Shown in pieces: positions 11,708 through 24,404 of a stretch of DNA of 64,000 nucleotides. The notes below the pieces were generated by a model. The model was given only the letters and a program-made list of their open reading frames with translations. It was not told the origin of the DNA and ran no database searches. The first letter of the stretch is position 1, and every line of letters starts with the position of its first letter. Origin of the DNA: Rhizophagus irregularis (lineage: Eukaryota); assembly GCF_026210795.1 (NCBI RefSeq), contig NC_089429.1, positions 6,696,001 to 6,760,000 on the forward strand, written 5' to 3'. Position numbers and translations under genes: made by a program.

Positions 11708-13303
11708 GTGACATCAACGAATCTCTCTGAAGAAGCGCTCGCGATAACCGCAAAATTAGAAGCCAAAATTGAAAAATTGTCAGAGACTTTTAATCTTTTA
11801 CAAAACAACAAAACACCAACGACATCCAGATATCCCCAATTAAATAATCGTATTGACGAACTAACGACCCATTTTAGCAATGTCACTTCTAGACAAAACA
11901 AACTAGAAGCATCACATTCATCAATCAATACTAAACTGATTTTCTCATCAACGCCTTTCAAAATAACAACAACGAGAAACCTACATCACCACAAAAAAAG
12001 GTACCAAACGCTCAGCGCCTTACAAAAAAAGATCCTATCAAAGCGTAAAGAGTAGATATCCCCTACGATCACAAAACTCTTCAGAATTTGAAAGTGAAAT
12101 GGATGAAGATAATAACCTCCCCGAAAACGGAAAAGCCTCCGATCCAGAATCAGTCAAAGGCATCATAGAACCCGATGAAACAATAGAACCATCCGCATCC
12201 ACATGCATCAAAGGACTTCACACCAATTAATTGGATCTATGGATCCCGTTAATTACTCTCTCTACTCACCTCTTAATATCGATCAACGATTTTGACACCG
12301 GCTTTATATTCAATCCAATTCAGGTTTACTTACACACTTCGAAAATTTTAAATATTTTTTTATGCAGGACACAACTAAACGAAAAAATCTTCTTGGCCTC
12401 GAAAACCAAAACAACAAAACACGCTCGTTTACAATATTCATTTAATTATAAAAACCCTCCGTCATCCTCGTTCCCCGTAAATCAAGATCTCAATCAACAA
12501 CTTACTCACACTCCCCAACACGTACGCGAAACCTATGATACACAAGTTGAATAAATGTTAAAATACATAGAGCAAAATCTAGATGATCTACTAACATCAA
12601 CATTTTCTTCATCAACATCATCAACTAACACAACTAATAACACAACTCCGCAACCTCATACACACATCATTGATTATCACAAAATAGGCTTTATTAACAT
12701 TCATGGCGCCTTTAATCAGAAACTTAATAATATATTACAATTTTTCAAAACACAGAATTTCGATATCTTAACACTAACAGAAACTGGTCTTCACAATATT
12801 AACCCGGATAATAATAAATCATCGGTTAATTCTCACGACCTCCCATCCTACAACAATTCTAACTTACCTGAAAATCATTTATATACTCGGACGCATCAGG
12901 AACTACCAAAGGCAGTGGAGTATCCGTGATTCTCTCAAAATTTCCAAAAACACGTGATTAAATCACATCTCTTCAAAGGACGCATCCTCACTATAGATTT
13001 GTGCTTCAAAGGCAATAATTACATAAGAATCATCAGCTGCTATTTACCAGCAGATACATCAAAAGATAAAGATCTCATTATATCTTGTTACCAACACATA
13101 GAATTACGTCTCAAAGAAGCACACGACAAAAAATACCAAATCATCATCATTTTAGGCGATTTTAACATCAACTTTGACAAAAGCAAAAATTACAAACCAG
13201 ATAACAACAATCAACAAAATAAATCATATCCTAAATGGAGGAAAGAAATCAATAACATAATCGAAGGATTCTCGCTCATCGATAACATGAAATATTTTCA
13301 TGA
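11708..13303 (+). mobile_element. LINE (non-LTR retrotransposon) 5' fragment: coiled-coil ORF remnant and AP-endonuclease domain, frameshifted and 3'-truncated
   Basis: APE motifs KIGFINIHG, FDILTLTET, GRILTIDL, IISCYLP and IIILGDFN are spread over broken ORFs at 12555-13303. Confidence 0.85.
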
Positions 13304-14249
13304 CCAATGGAGTCTAAAGCTTATGCTTGGTATTATTGTCACGGGATAATTTTGTTTATTTTTTTATTGTTTTATTTTTTTTATCTATGATTATCTATTT
13401 TTATCTTCCATTTTTATTTGTTTATTTTTAGTATAGTTATTTTTAGTTCTTTTTAGATATTTAGTGATTAGATAACAAACGGAAGCTTAGCGATAGAAAA
13501 GTGGCTGAATATAAGTGGCTGTATAAACAAATGTGCCCAGATCGCCACAATTGGCCGCGATTCTGTTCGAAAAGACAGAATTGCACCAAAAATCTAACAT
13601 TATAAAAATGACCGTCGTTGATAGTTGTAAAGGTTCAGTTTGAATTCGTTTAGAAAAGTTTAGTTAGGTTTTATTACCAGCCGATAATATACGGATATTA
13701 CAGAACGCCGATAGATAGAGGCAGTAATGTCGTATTATTTTGTTTCATTGTTAATAAACCGCTGATCTGTTTCCGTATTGTGCATACACATTTTATCATT
13801 TTTTTTTTACACACTGTTTATTACTGTTTATTATCGTTCACTATCATTAGCATTTATTATCAATTATTAATTTTTGTTATACATCGTTGATTTTTCGTAT
13901 ACATTTGATAACTAATCGTTTTTATATACGCACCACCTGATCTACCCTTAACCGCCATATTACCCTGCCCTTTATTAACCGATCTTATATTTCTTTCTGT
14001 TACTACCTACCGAACGACAGAAACCGGTAGTAACAGTATTATGCATCATACCATCCTTATTATCCTTCTGAAAATATGATATCATTCCCTTGGATTGCGA
14101 ATGATATTTTATGTGACATTGCCGTTAGAAATGATAATCAAAGAGCGTCCATGGAACTAATGGATTTATTAGGACCTCATGACACTAACTTGAATATTTT
14201 TTCAAACGGCAATCAGAATCAAAATATAATGATCATGATCAAAATTTAA
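13304..14249 (+). pseudogene. C-terminal fragment of a cellular RNA-dependent RNA polymerase, split by a solo LTR
   Basis: Removing 13337-14035 and one gtattat copy gives PMESKAYAWYYASYHPYYPSENMISFPWIANDILCDIA, open to a stop at 14247-14249. This matches the KAxAWYxxxY...SFPW tail of eukaryotic RdRPs. Confidence 0.75.
13337..14035 (-). mobile_element. Solo LTR (same family as 20930-21617)
   Basis: TGTCAC...GTAACA termini. Flanked by a gtattat duplication (13330-13336, 14036-14042). Collinear with 20930-21617. Confidence 0.85.
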
Positions 14250-15584
14250 TTGATTTAAGGTGAGCTGATGGCCGGAGGGGTATTAATTTATTTCAGCTAG
14301 TTATTTTTGGATTTTTTTTTTAAATATTTCACCGTTAAAAATATTTTAAAAGTTTTTATAATTTTTCAAATAAATTGCTTAAATATTTTTTTATTTTTTA
14401 AATATTTTATATCTTATCAATTATAAAGTTCACGATCATAATAGTATCATAATTAAAGTTCTGTTCAATAATGCCTACCTCAAATTTTTGTCGGAGTTTG
14501 GCGCTAACGTAAGGGTAGGTTAGGTGATAATAACAATACGTAGGGGTTTTACACAAATCTACTATTGGTAAAAATTCCTCAGGTCAAAACATAACATGAT
14601 GCAACATATAATTTTAATACAGGTAATAATACTCATATGACGGTATATCATGATTTAGCAAAAAATGCTCTTTTTAAAAAATAATTGAAAATTTTACGAT
14701 ATTTGTAAATAAATATTATGAGTTTTATTTTATCTAATTATTACATTTTCATTCCATTTCTTAATTTAAAATATTTGTATTACATTATATTATAAATTAT
14801 CAAATCAAAGTTTTCCTTGTAAAGAAAATATAATTACCTATAAAAAATTCATACAATTCAAATGAGCATTCCAGGTTAGTTTTCCAAACTCCATCACATT
14901 GGTTTTTCCAATCATGTAATTATTATACAATAAAATATATTCTTTAAAAAAAAAATTCTTAATTTATAAAAGAAAATTACATTCATGATTCAACATTAAA
15001 ATCAAATTTTATCATAGAAGGGTTAAAAGGGTTGAATCAGAATGTTGTTCTTTTATTCGTGATGATGAATTGGTGCTATGGAGAACTGCGGCTAGGGATA
15101 TGAGATGACTCTATCGGTTCGGTTCTACGAACCAGAACGAGTCGGGATGAGTCGAATTGACGAATTGATGGAACTGACTCCAAAAATCGGTTGAAACGGA
15201 GTTTGGGCCGCCGAATCTAATACGGTTTTTATAATATAATTCTTCTTATTATTATTTAATTATGATTTAAAACAAATTAGTTCAAAAAAAAACGCTATTT
15301 AAAATAATAAATTTTATTAAATGTTATCTTTATTATTATTAAATGTTCATTAATATGATTTAGTTATACAGTTAAAAAATAAAATTTATAATGTTCGCTA
15401 TTTAACATTGTTATTAGTTATTTTTATTGTTATTTGAATGTAAAATACATTGTAAACAAAATTTTATAATTTATTATTTCATTAATGCGCGTTTTCACAA
15501 TTCGATTATCATAAAACACAAAATCTTGCACATTTTTGTAATTTTTTGTGCATATACTGCGCATAAAAAATTTAGTGATGAATG

Positions 15585-17529
15585 TCTCTTAACATCATGA
15601 AACGAAATAATGAAATAAAATTCATCAAATAACGATCGTTATTTCTTAAAAATCCCGCTTTGACAAGTTCAGCAAGTGAGATTGAAATTCCATATTCATC
15701 GACATTCCTTGTAAAATATCCAACGCCGTATGTTCACTTTCAAGCATTTTATCCAATTTCCTAACTCGTAAATCTTTTAATTCAATAAATACTTCATCAG
15801 GAATTCCTAATGCGGACAATAATGTAATCGCCTGATGATTGAGATATGTTGAGATGAACGTAGAACCTCTGATAACTTCCAACACATTATAATGTGATTC
15901 AAATTTATGTTGACTAGGACGAACTTGAACTTGATTATCTTTCACATTAGTTGACTGATATAAAACACCTTATACCCAGCCATTCTAAATTGGAATAGTT
16001 TTTAAATCCAATACATAAGCAATCTTCTTTGCTAATGAAAAAGAGATATTCCCTACCCCATCAGAAAAAGTAAAACCATTTCTAACTATCATATCAGGAA
16101 TTTCTATAATATCATGAAAATGACGGATCACCCTATGTGAAGTTTCCATGGTTGGAATTAAAATATAACTTGTAGTAGGAGTTACAATAACTTTACGCAC
16201 CATACCACAATAATATGGTATATATTTAGGCATTTCATATTTTAAATTCTTCATTCTGAACGCAAATATATTAAAGGTTCATTGATCCTTTTCTTCCTCG
16301 AACCAAAATATTAAGAGAGACTTTAGTAGGTTGTTGAGATAATAAAGAATAGAATTCTTTACAAAGGTTATATTCATTAAGGTAATTAAAAGAAATATTA
16401 CATTCGAGCATATAATTAACTTTAAAGTTTAACATTTTACGGTTCACAAAATGTTTACATAATTCAGTTCCATTAATAATTTTTAATGGAAAATTACTAA
16501 TGCTTGAAGTTCTAGGAGCCAAATTATATTCACCGGCCTTCTCAATTAATTTTTTAAAACGATTAAGACCTCCAATTTGATCCAAATCAAAAGTTATTCT
16601 AAAGACGAGCCATTTACCAGGTTGTTCATTATTTTTATGAAAATGAGGCATTTTATCATCTTTTGTAATACGTTTCCAAAAATCATCAATACACCAATTA
16701 AATTTATCTTTTGATTTTTGACACTTGGTACGAAAATATAGTTTGTACCAATACAATGATTTGTTTTACCCCTACATCAAGAATTACGATTGTTGTAGAG
16801 CGACTTGGCATATACTGATATATTATGTAATACCCAACATTTTGCAGAATATTTATTTTCTATAGTAATTGAACCACGAGATCTTTGTTGAGAAACGTAA
16901 AGCTCAGAATAAATATCATTAATTATATCCTTAAAATTGATTTCAGCTTAAAGGTGTGCATCAGCTCTTCATACTCCAATTCCACAATTATTTTTCGTTT
17001 TTGATAATTTATAGAAAATTTTACCGATTGAGTAAATTTAACCTCAGATACCAGGTAGTAGATAATCACCCAATTCTAAACTTTCAGCAGGATAGGAATA
17101 AAAAGTATCAGAACTACGAATGTATTTTTGATAATCGACCTGTAAAACTCTTCCATGAAAGCGTAACGATTTATTCCAGAAAGGATAAGCGGGTACAGGT
17201 CTAATTAAATAAATATTTTTAAAGGGATAAGTAAATGAAATTTAAAGGGTTGAAAAAGAATAAATGTATAAAAATACGTACTTGAATATGATATAAGAAG
17301 TTCCAGTTGAACGTTCAGGATTTTCAGAGTCATAAGCTTCTCTGGTCACAATTTCTACTTTATAAACACTACCATGAGTAGCAAAAAAACCCTTTATTCC
17401 ATCTACAGTAGCTTCAGTTTGAATATTACTAACTTTGAATCCTATTTCAGCAAAGTTTTTCCATTTACGAGGAGGTTTAATTCCACTGTCACAACTGTTT
17501 GGAGAGGAAATTCTCGCGTTTTTTTTCAT
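15585..17529 (-). pseudogene. RNA-dependent RNA polymerase (RNAi-type RDR) pseudogene, N-terminal half
   Basis: RRM-like exon 1, then GT-AG intron 17281-17201 joining IIFK to PVPAYPFW. Motifs RKVIVTPTT, HRVIRHF, FTFSDGVGNIS, FQFRMAGYK, RPSQHKFES, YLNHQAITLLSALGIPDEVF and AGFL. Several frameshifts and stops. The catalytic DxDGD region is absent. Confidence 0.9.
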
Positions 17530-19492
17530 TTATTTTAAAGTAGTAGTTTATCAATATAAGAAATTCAATATAATAAAATGTACAATAATTCCCTGATCTC
17601 AGGTTCCTTTTATATTTGAACAGGACACTAATTATTAAATAATAAAAAATATTTTATTAATCATAATAATCATGATCTCATAAACAGGTAAACGATCATC
17701 AAAACACAAAATAAAAACGGATGTTACGAAGATGATGTGGCTGAAATAACAAATTTTTTTCTCCATAATTGCAACCTCCTTTGTTTATTATAGAAATTAT
17801 CGAAAAAAAAACTGAAATAAAAAAAAAATTAGATCTTTTTATTAAATATCAAATGAATAAAGACTTTTTTATTAAAAAAAAATGACAGAAACTTACAATT
17901 TTTTTTTTCGTTAAATTAAATTACAATCCAAAAAAAAAAATTTTTTCAGCCCATTGGCTTTGATGTAACTTTGTGATGTGCAATTTTATTAGATAATTCA
18001 GAATAACGTGCGCTGATCGGCTATGATTGTGAATTGATTCAGATGGGACTGATGGGTAATCCCTACAAGCCCATCAGGAAGCCACATCAGTGGCACAACT
18101 AAGCCATCGTTTTTTTATTTATGTTTATACACTAACTTTGGTTTTACTTATTTATACTTTCTTTTTATTTTCTTTTTAAAAATATAAAACTTATTATAAT
18201 ATTTTTAATTAAAATTTATTAATCTACGAAAGAAACATTGCAATTTTGTAACTGTAGCTTTATTTCTTGTTAAATGTGGCAAAATTTCCGTCGGAACAAT
18301 TATAAAAAACAATTACCGCATCTTCTGTAGAGATTTCATAACATAAAAATTTGTAAATTAATTATACGATAGATCATATGGTTGCACTTTTGAAATAAAT
18401 AGAATTCGTCAAGTATCTGATAATGACACAAAAAAAAGGGTTTATTGGTCGGATGTTACGTTTTAATAGTACGTACCCATGAGTAAAAGGGTCAGTGTCC
18501 CGATTTGTATCCATACAAGATGAGAAAATATCGAAAATATATATAACAAATTACAAGAATACTTACATTATAACTTTCGATAAATAGTGTATATTGCTCC
18601 TTCAAATCTTTTTACAAACAATTTGAGCGTTTCTTTTCAATAATTAAAAATATTTGAACATGTACTTTCGTACTGTAAATATATGTAATTGCCAAAATTA
18701 GAGACAATAACAATTTTTTTTATTATAGTAATTACTGTAATACTTGGATCGGGTACAAACGAGTATTACATCAATTATTTCCCTGATCTGTTAAAAGGCT
18801 TATTTTGTGTGAAAAATTTCAATAAATGATTACTGATTAAATTTCATTGATATAACAAGTATAAAGGAAATATTAAAATCAATAGATTGATAAATCAGTC
18901 GGCATTACAAACCAAATCATATATGGCAATCTATTATAACACATCGATAGACGATGACTAAAGTTTTTAAATAATAAGGAGCGTTCGTTCTTTATAATAA
19001 AATTTTCATAAGACTCATTTGATTAAGGATAACCATTATTCTTCTACTACAATCGCTCGAAAAAACTGTCATTAGATCATCCTCAAGCGTTAATATGATA
19101 TACAGTATATTGAAAATTTTCGATCATTTCGAACGTTTTAAACATTGAACGTGTTCACATGAAAAAACATATTTCCAAATTGGAATATGCAAGCCCATCA
19201 AGCTCCTAAAGCCCTAATAAAATAAATTGTTGTTTTGATCACCAGATATTACAGTATAAACTAAATCCATTTTAAAGTTATTTCTTTTGTTTTAGAAACA
19301 TTACTAATGTGTTTTTTTCTTTGTTTTTTTAACGACTTCCATTTCAAGTTCAAGAGGCTGTTTCTAATAAAATAAAGAAAAAGGAACGTTCAGTCGTTCA
19401 CTTAACAATGTTCCTAAAACTAAATAAAAAAAGAACATGACCTCTTAAACTGTGCCAAAAATTCAGACGTGAGTCAGGCAAATCATTGACAT

Positions 19493-20095
19493 TGTTACCA
19501 CCGATACGTCAGGTAGTAACAGAAAATAAATAAGGATCGGATAATAATCGATAGTAGATAAAATAACGTCAATAAACTAATGGTATATGTCAGTAGTGAA
19601 CAATCGGTAAATGATCAAGGACGTACTAATTAGAAGTGTATATATAAAAATATAAAATAAACAAGCGATATATGACGAAAAGTCAATAAGTGATAATAAA
19701 CAATCGAAATATGGCAATTAACGATATTAAACGATAACAATGAAATGTCTTCTTCCACATAATATTCGTACTATCTTAACTCTATTTAATACAAAATCCA
19801 CACACTCTCTCATCGTGTTCTAAACCTATCCTTTATATAACATTTCAAAACTTGGGACAATTATGCTCAAAGAACAATTTTTCCATCTGGACAATTTTGT
19901 CCTCTGACCAATATTGTCGATCGGTCAATTTTGGCCTAATAAGCCTCAACCGAACCTTTCCCAGCCACTCATTAACTAATCATCCCGATTCCCGTTAATA
20001 AATTCACCGAAATAAACTATGTATAAAAATATAAACTATACTATAAAATAACCTAAATTAAACCTAAAAAAAAATTAAACTAAAATTTCGTAACA
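19493..20095 (+). mobile_element. Solo LTR, divergent relative of the other two and in opposite orientation
   Basis: TGTTAC...GTAACA termini. 4-bp TSD ACAT at 19489-19492 and 20096-20099. Shares ggtagtaacagaaa...taaggatcgg with the reverse complement of the other LTRs. Confidence 0.85.
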
Positions 20096-20929
20096 ACATT
20101 TACACAAGTTCGTAAATTTTCATAAGACATTTACAAAAACTTATATTTACACAAATTTACGTAAATTTACACTCCCGTCGCACGGTTACGCCTAAAAAAT
20201 TTCCTGATGTTCATCAGTACTAGCTTTATTTCCTTCTTTATAAGATTTTTAATTATACTAATTTATTTTTTATTACTCCTCCAATAAATAATGATTACTC
20301 TGATTTCTAAATTACATTTTAAGTTATAGAAATTAATTCACAGCTTGAGCTACATCGCGTGCTATTGTTGAGTTTTAATTACAGCAACAAATACTTTTAA
20401 GGACGACTTAATTGCCTAGGTATTGAGAGTTTAAATGTTCTTATATTTTTAGTATGCACAATCATGACTCATTCATGAGAAACACTACAAATAATATGAA
20501 CAATATTAATTTCAAACTAATTTACAGTACATTAAAATTTAATTTCAGCGCGAAAACTGGTTATATCGATTGATTTAGACTATTTTTTATTAATTAAAGT
20601 TTTTCGAGAATATAGAAATAAAATTTTTTTCCTAAAAAAGATTTTAGATTCCGTAGTGATATTTAAATAAGGATGTGGATTATCGAAATTATTGATGTCA
20701 TCAGAAAGATTCGTGGAATAAAAATTTATTTCGTACAAAATATATCAATGTAGCGTGACATATTCTAAAATAGCCATTGATAGTTTACAAAATAATAGAC
20801 ACTATTAACAAAAAACTATCTTTTTAAAGAAAAATACAAAAATATTAACATATACAGAAAGTTTTAATAGGCAATTGTAAAGATTATTTAGTCTAGGCGC
20901 AGTATATAGTAAATAATAAGATATTGTGA

Positions 20930-21617
20930 TGTCACGGGATTTATTTTTTTTTTTAATCTATTTTTATCCTTTATTTTTATTTTTTTATTTTTAGTTATAT
21001 TACATATAGTTATCTTTAGTTATTTTTAGTTATTTAGTGATTAGATAGAATATAGGTGGCTGGCTGTATAGACAAATATGCCCAGATCGCCACAATTGGC
21101 CGGGTGGCAATTCTGTTAGACAGATATTGCACCAGATTTTTAACAATATAAAAAGGACCGTTGTTGGATGTGCAGTTGGAGTAGTTAGTTTTAAGTTTAA
21201 GTTTAGTATAGATTTTATTTTCAACAGATAGATTATACGGATATTACAGAGCGAGTAATATCGTATTTGTTCAATTGTTAATAAACCTGCCGATATACGT
21301 TTTATCGTTTTTTCACTCACACTGTTTATTATTGTTTATTATCGTTTATTATCATTATCATTTATTATCATTTGTTAGTTTTTTGTTATACACCATTGAT
21401 TATCCGTATACATACTAATATCATTAATCGTTTTTATACACACACCCCCCGATCTACCCTCAATCTAATTATCTAACACATCGTTTATTATCGTTTATCC
21501 GTATACACTTTTACCTTATCGCTTGTCATACATCGTTATATTACCCTGCCATTTATTAACCGATCCTTATATGTCTTTCTGTTACTACCTACCGAACGTC
21601 AGAAACCGGTGGTAACA
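20930..21617 (-). mobile_element. Solo LTR
   Basis: TGTCAC...GTAACA termini. 4-bp TSD GTGA at 20926-20929 and 21618-21621. Confidence 0.9.
21030..21320 (-). CDS. Hypothetical 96-aa LTR-internal ORF with a CxxC...HxC motif
   Basis: Stop-free frame (GTG start in the track) lying entirely inside the solo LTR and containing WCNICLTELPPGQLWRSGHIC. Confidence 0.25.
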   Translation of the reverse strand: MSEKTIKRISAGLLTIEQIRYYSLCNIRIIYLLKIKSILNLNLKLTTPTAHPTTVLFILLKIWCNICLTELPPGQLWRSGHICLYSQPPIFYLITK

Positions 21618-21651
21618 GTGACATAATGACATAATTAAAAAAGATGTTATA

Positions 21652-23130
21652 CAGTCGACCCTTTATAATCACATCATTTACTAGGTGTCTAGGTGTGACT
21701 ATAAATAATAGTAAGATATAGTCTCATGGATAGATAATTTTCAAAAAAATTTTATTATATATTTTTAAATAAAATATTAATAAATTTAATAAATTTGTCA
21801 TTTTTTAAGTTATCATATATTATTATTAACGCGTAGATTTAAATTATTACCTTTTAATGACGGAATCTTTGATTGTAATAATTGAATGAAAATTCATGAA
21901 ATTTTGTTGTAACTGAAATCATTGTTAACTTTCAATAATAAATGCTTTTGCACCATCCCACCACTCCCTAATACACATTTTTAACTTGCATGATCGCGTA
22001 TACAAAAAAAACACGTACAACTTATACCTTATTTTGAGAAATTACGAGTAACTACCCACTTTATTATTACTGTAAAAATAAAATTTGCATTACCCTTATT
22101 ACATTAAAACACAAAAAAAAAATATAATTATTCCATACCACAATCATTAAGAAATAAATTAAGTGTACTTTGCTTTTCGAATTAAACTCTTTTACTCTAA
22201 CTACCTGCGTAAATCTTTATTATTAAATTCAATATCATTTTGTTCAAAAATTTAATAATAAAAGTTTCCAGTTCACTAACTGATTTTTTACTGATATTGC
22301 AGGTATTTCATCATCAACTGAATCAATCAGCTTGTACCAAATTAATAATTTCTTCATCAGTAAGGTCGGAATTTTCATGATCAAGTATCCTAAAATATTC
22401 TATTACATCATGTTAGGAGATTTTCAATTCCATTATCATCTATATTTAATTCGGAATCCAATTACAATAGGATAAAATTTATGAGAGCCTGTAGCATTAG
22501 CGCAAAAAAGCAGCTTTTATTCAATAAATAAATAAAAAATCAATGTCTAATAATAAATTAAATTTTTTTATTATATATTTTATAATATAAAATTAAAATA
22601 TTCTTACCTTTTTACGTTCAGCAACTGATCCAGTACTAAGTGTTTGGTTTGGTTCCATTCAAAAAAAGCAACTGATCCAGTACTAAGTATTTGATTTGGT
22701 TCCATTCAAAAAAAAAGGCCTGTCTCATCTGCATTATAAACATCTCATCATATTTCTAAAAGTGCACGTAAACGTATACATTCCTCTGAAAGACTTTCAA
22801 GTGGCGTACTTTTAGCTTTCCCTGAAACATGAACTTTTGAAGACTATTATGCAATTATAATCTATACACCTAGCCATTAGCACAACTTAAGGAACTCCAC
22901 TAGCCACTGCTTGTGAAGTTCCAAGTTTGCATAGTAGCCATATCAAGTTCTGGAAACTGAACAAAACGTTGCCGAAAAGTACGTGCAGTCTGTGAAGTAG
23001 AAAGTACTGCTAACCATTTTTGATGATCCTTCCACGTTAATAGTTGTTCTTTAGAGTAATCTAGTCCAGGATATTTTGTATTGAAAAATGAGGTGACTTA
23101 CATTAGAATTTTCTACATATATCATTAATA
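21652..23130 (-). mobile_element. Degenerate pogo/Tigger-type (Tc1/mariner superfamily) DDE transposon
   Basis: Minus-strand DVYNADETG, MEPNQTLSTGSV and LLFCANATGSHKFYPIVIG. TA followed by a cagtcgacc terminus at 21652. Internal ~47-bp duplication at 22620-22712. Confidence 0.8.
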
Positions 23131-24404
23131 TTAAAAAGTAAATTCTATTTAATATTTGATTCATAATTAATAATGATTTTATCAAAAAGCAAATACATAC
23201 CTTGTTCTAAATTGTCGATTGACGGAATTAACATTTAATTTTTACTGGGCTTGTCCTCGTGAGTTAGTTGACGAAATCTGGGAAAAAAGTCTTGAGAAAA
23301 GAAAAGACATTAAAAATTTAGACCTAAGTGAATGCCACTTGACGAAATCTGTGAGAAGTAAACTTTTGGAATTATGGAAACTTAAAGTGGCCTTAACCCC
23401 TTGCAGACTTTTGTTGCTCAAACTTTCCCTCAGATATGGAATGAAATATTCATCAAATTTTTTATAACATCATCTATATCATGAGAGACGATCCTACTGT
23501 GTCTGATGAGGACCAAAAATTTGTAGTAATTATGAATCTGATTTATTATATATATTCTTAAAAATTTGATATTCAAAGTCAACGCATAATCTTGCATAAT
23601 TAAGAGTAAAAATGTTTTTCCTAAATGAAAAAGTAAAATTTAGTAACTAATACATTATCCTGATCCTATATCCATCATACCTTAACTATGTTATTATATT
23701 AGTTTAGTTAATCAATCAATTCTTCAACAACTCTTCCTTTATTTAATTGAAAATATAATAGAACCAAATAACTGAAGGAAAAATTATTAAATATATATAT
23801 ATATATATTAATAGATAATATAGTAAAATATATACTGTATATATAATTACAAACCTGGGTAAGGGAAAGAGGTTAAAAACCAAGAAATAACCTTAGATTA
23901 TTCATTTATTTTTGAATATAAATTTAAATAATATACAATTATAAATATTATTATTAAATCATATTTATATTTCTTTATTATTAAGATTTCTTATAACATT
24001 ATTTTGAGAAGTTTCAATCATTATAGTAACAATAGTAAATATACTCAATAAATAATAGCACTAAAAAATTTAATTGATTTTCATATCTCGGTTGGGACAG
24101 TGAAACATGATTCCAGAAATTGTAACAAAGTAACCTTTGTAACATAATAATTGACGTATATATCGGATAAAAATTTCAGCTTAAATTTCTTAGTAAATTT
24201 ATTATTATAATTTATTTTGACATATATTATCATTACTATGATTTTAACCTTAAATACTAACTTTTATACAAACAATATATAAAAATTACTTTTGTTTTAG
24301 TAAAATTTAAAGATTTAACCTATGATTCATTATAATATTTTAATTAAAAATTATTAACCTACAATTTCAAAACGAAATAAAAGAAAAAAAAAATAGAATC
24401 TAAT

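Noticed and set aside
15093..15219. hAT-like MITE starting with tagggat
   Set aside because: No matching TIR or TSD.
18040..18100. ctgatggg/cccatcag hairpin as a hammerhead ribozyme or ncRNA
   Set aside because: Lacks the CUGAnGA and GAAA core arrangement.
23219..23520. 82-aa ORF fragment
   Set aside because: Non-ATG start, frameshifted and not assignable to a family.
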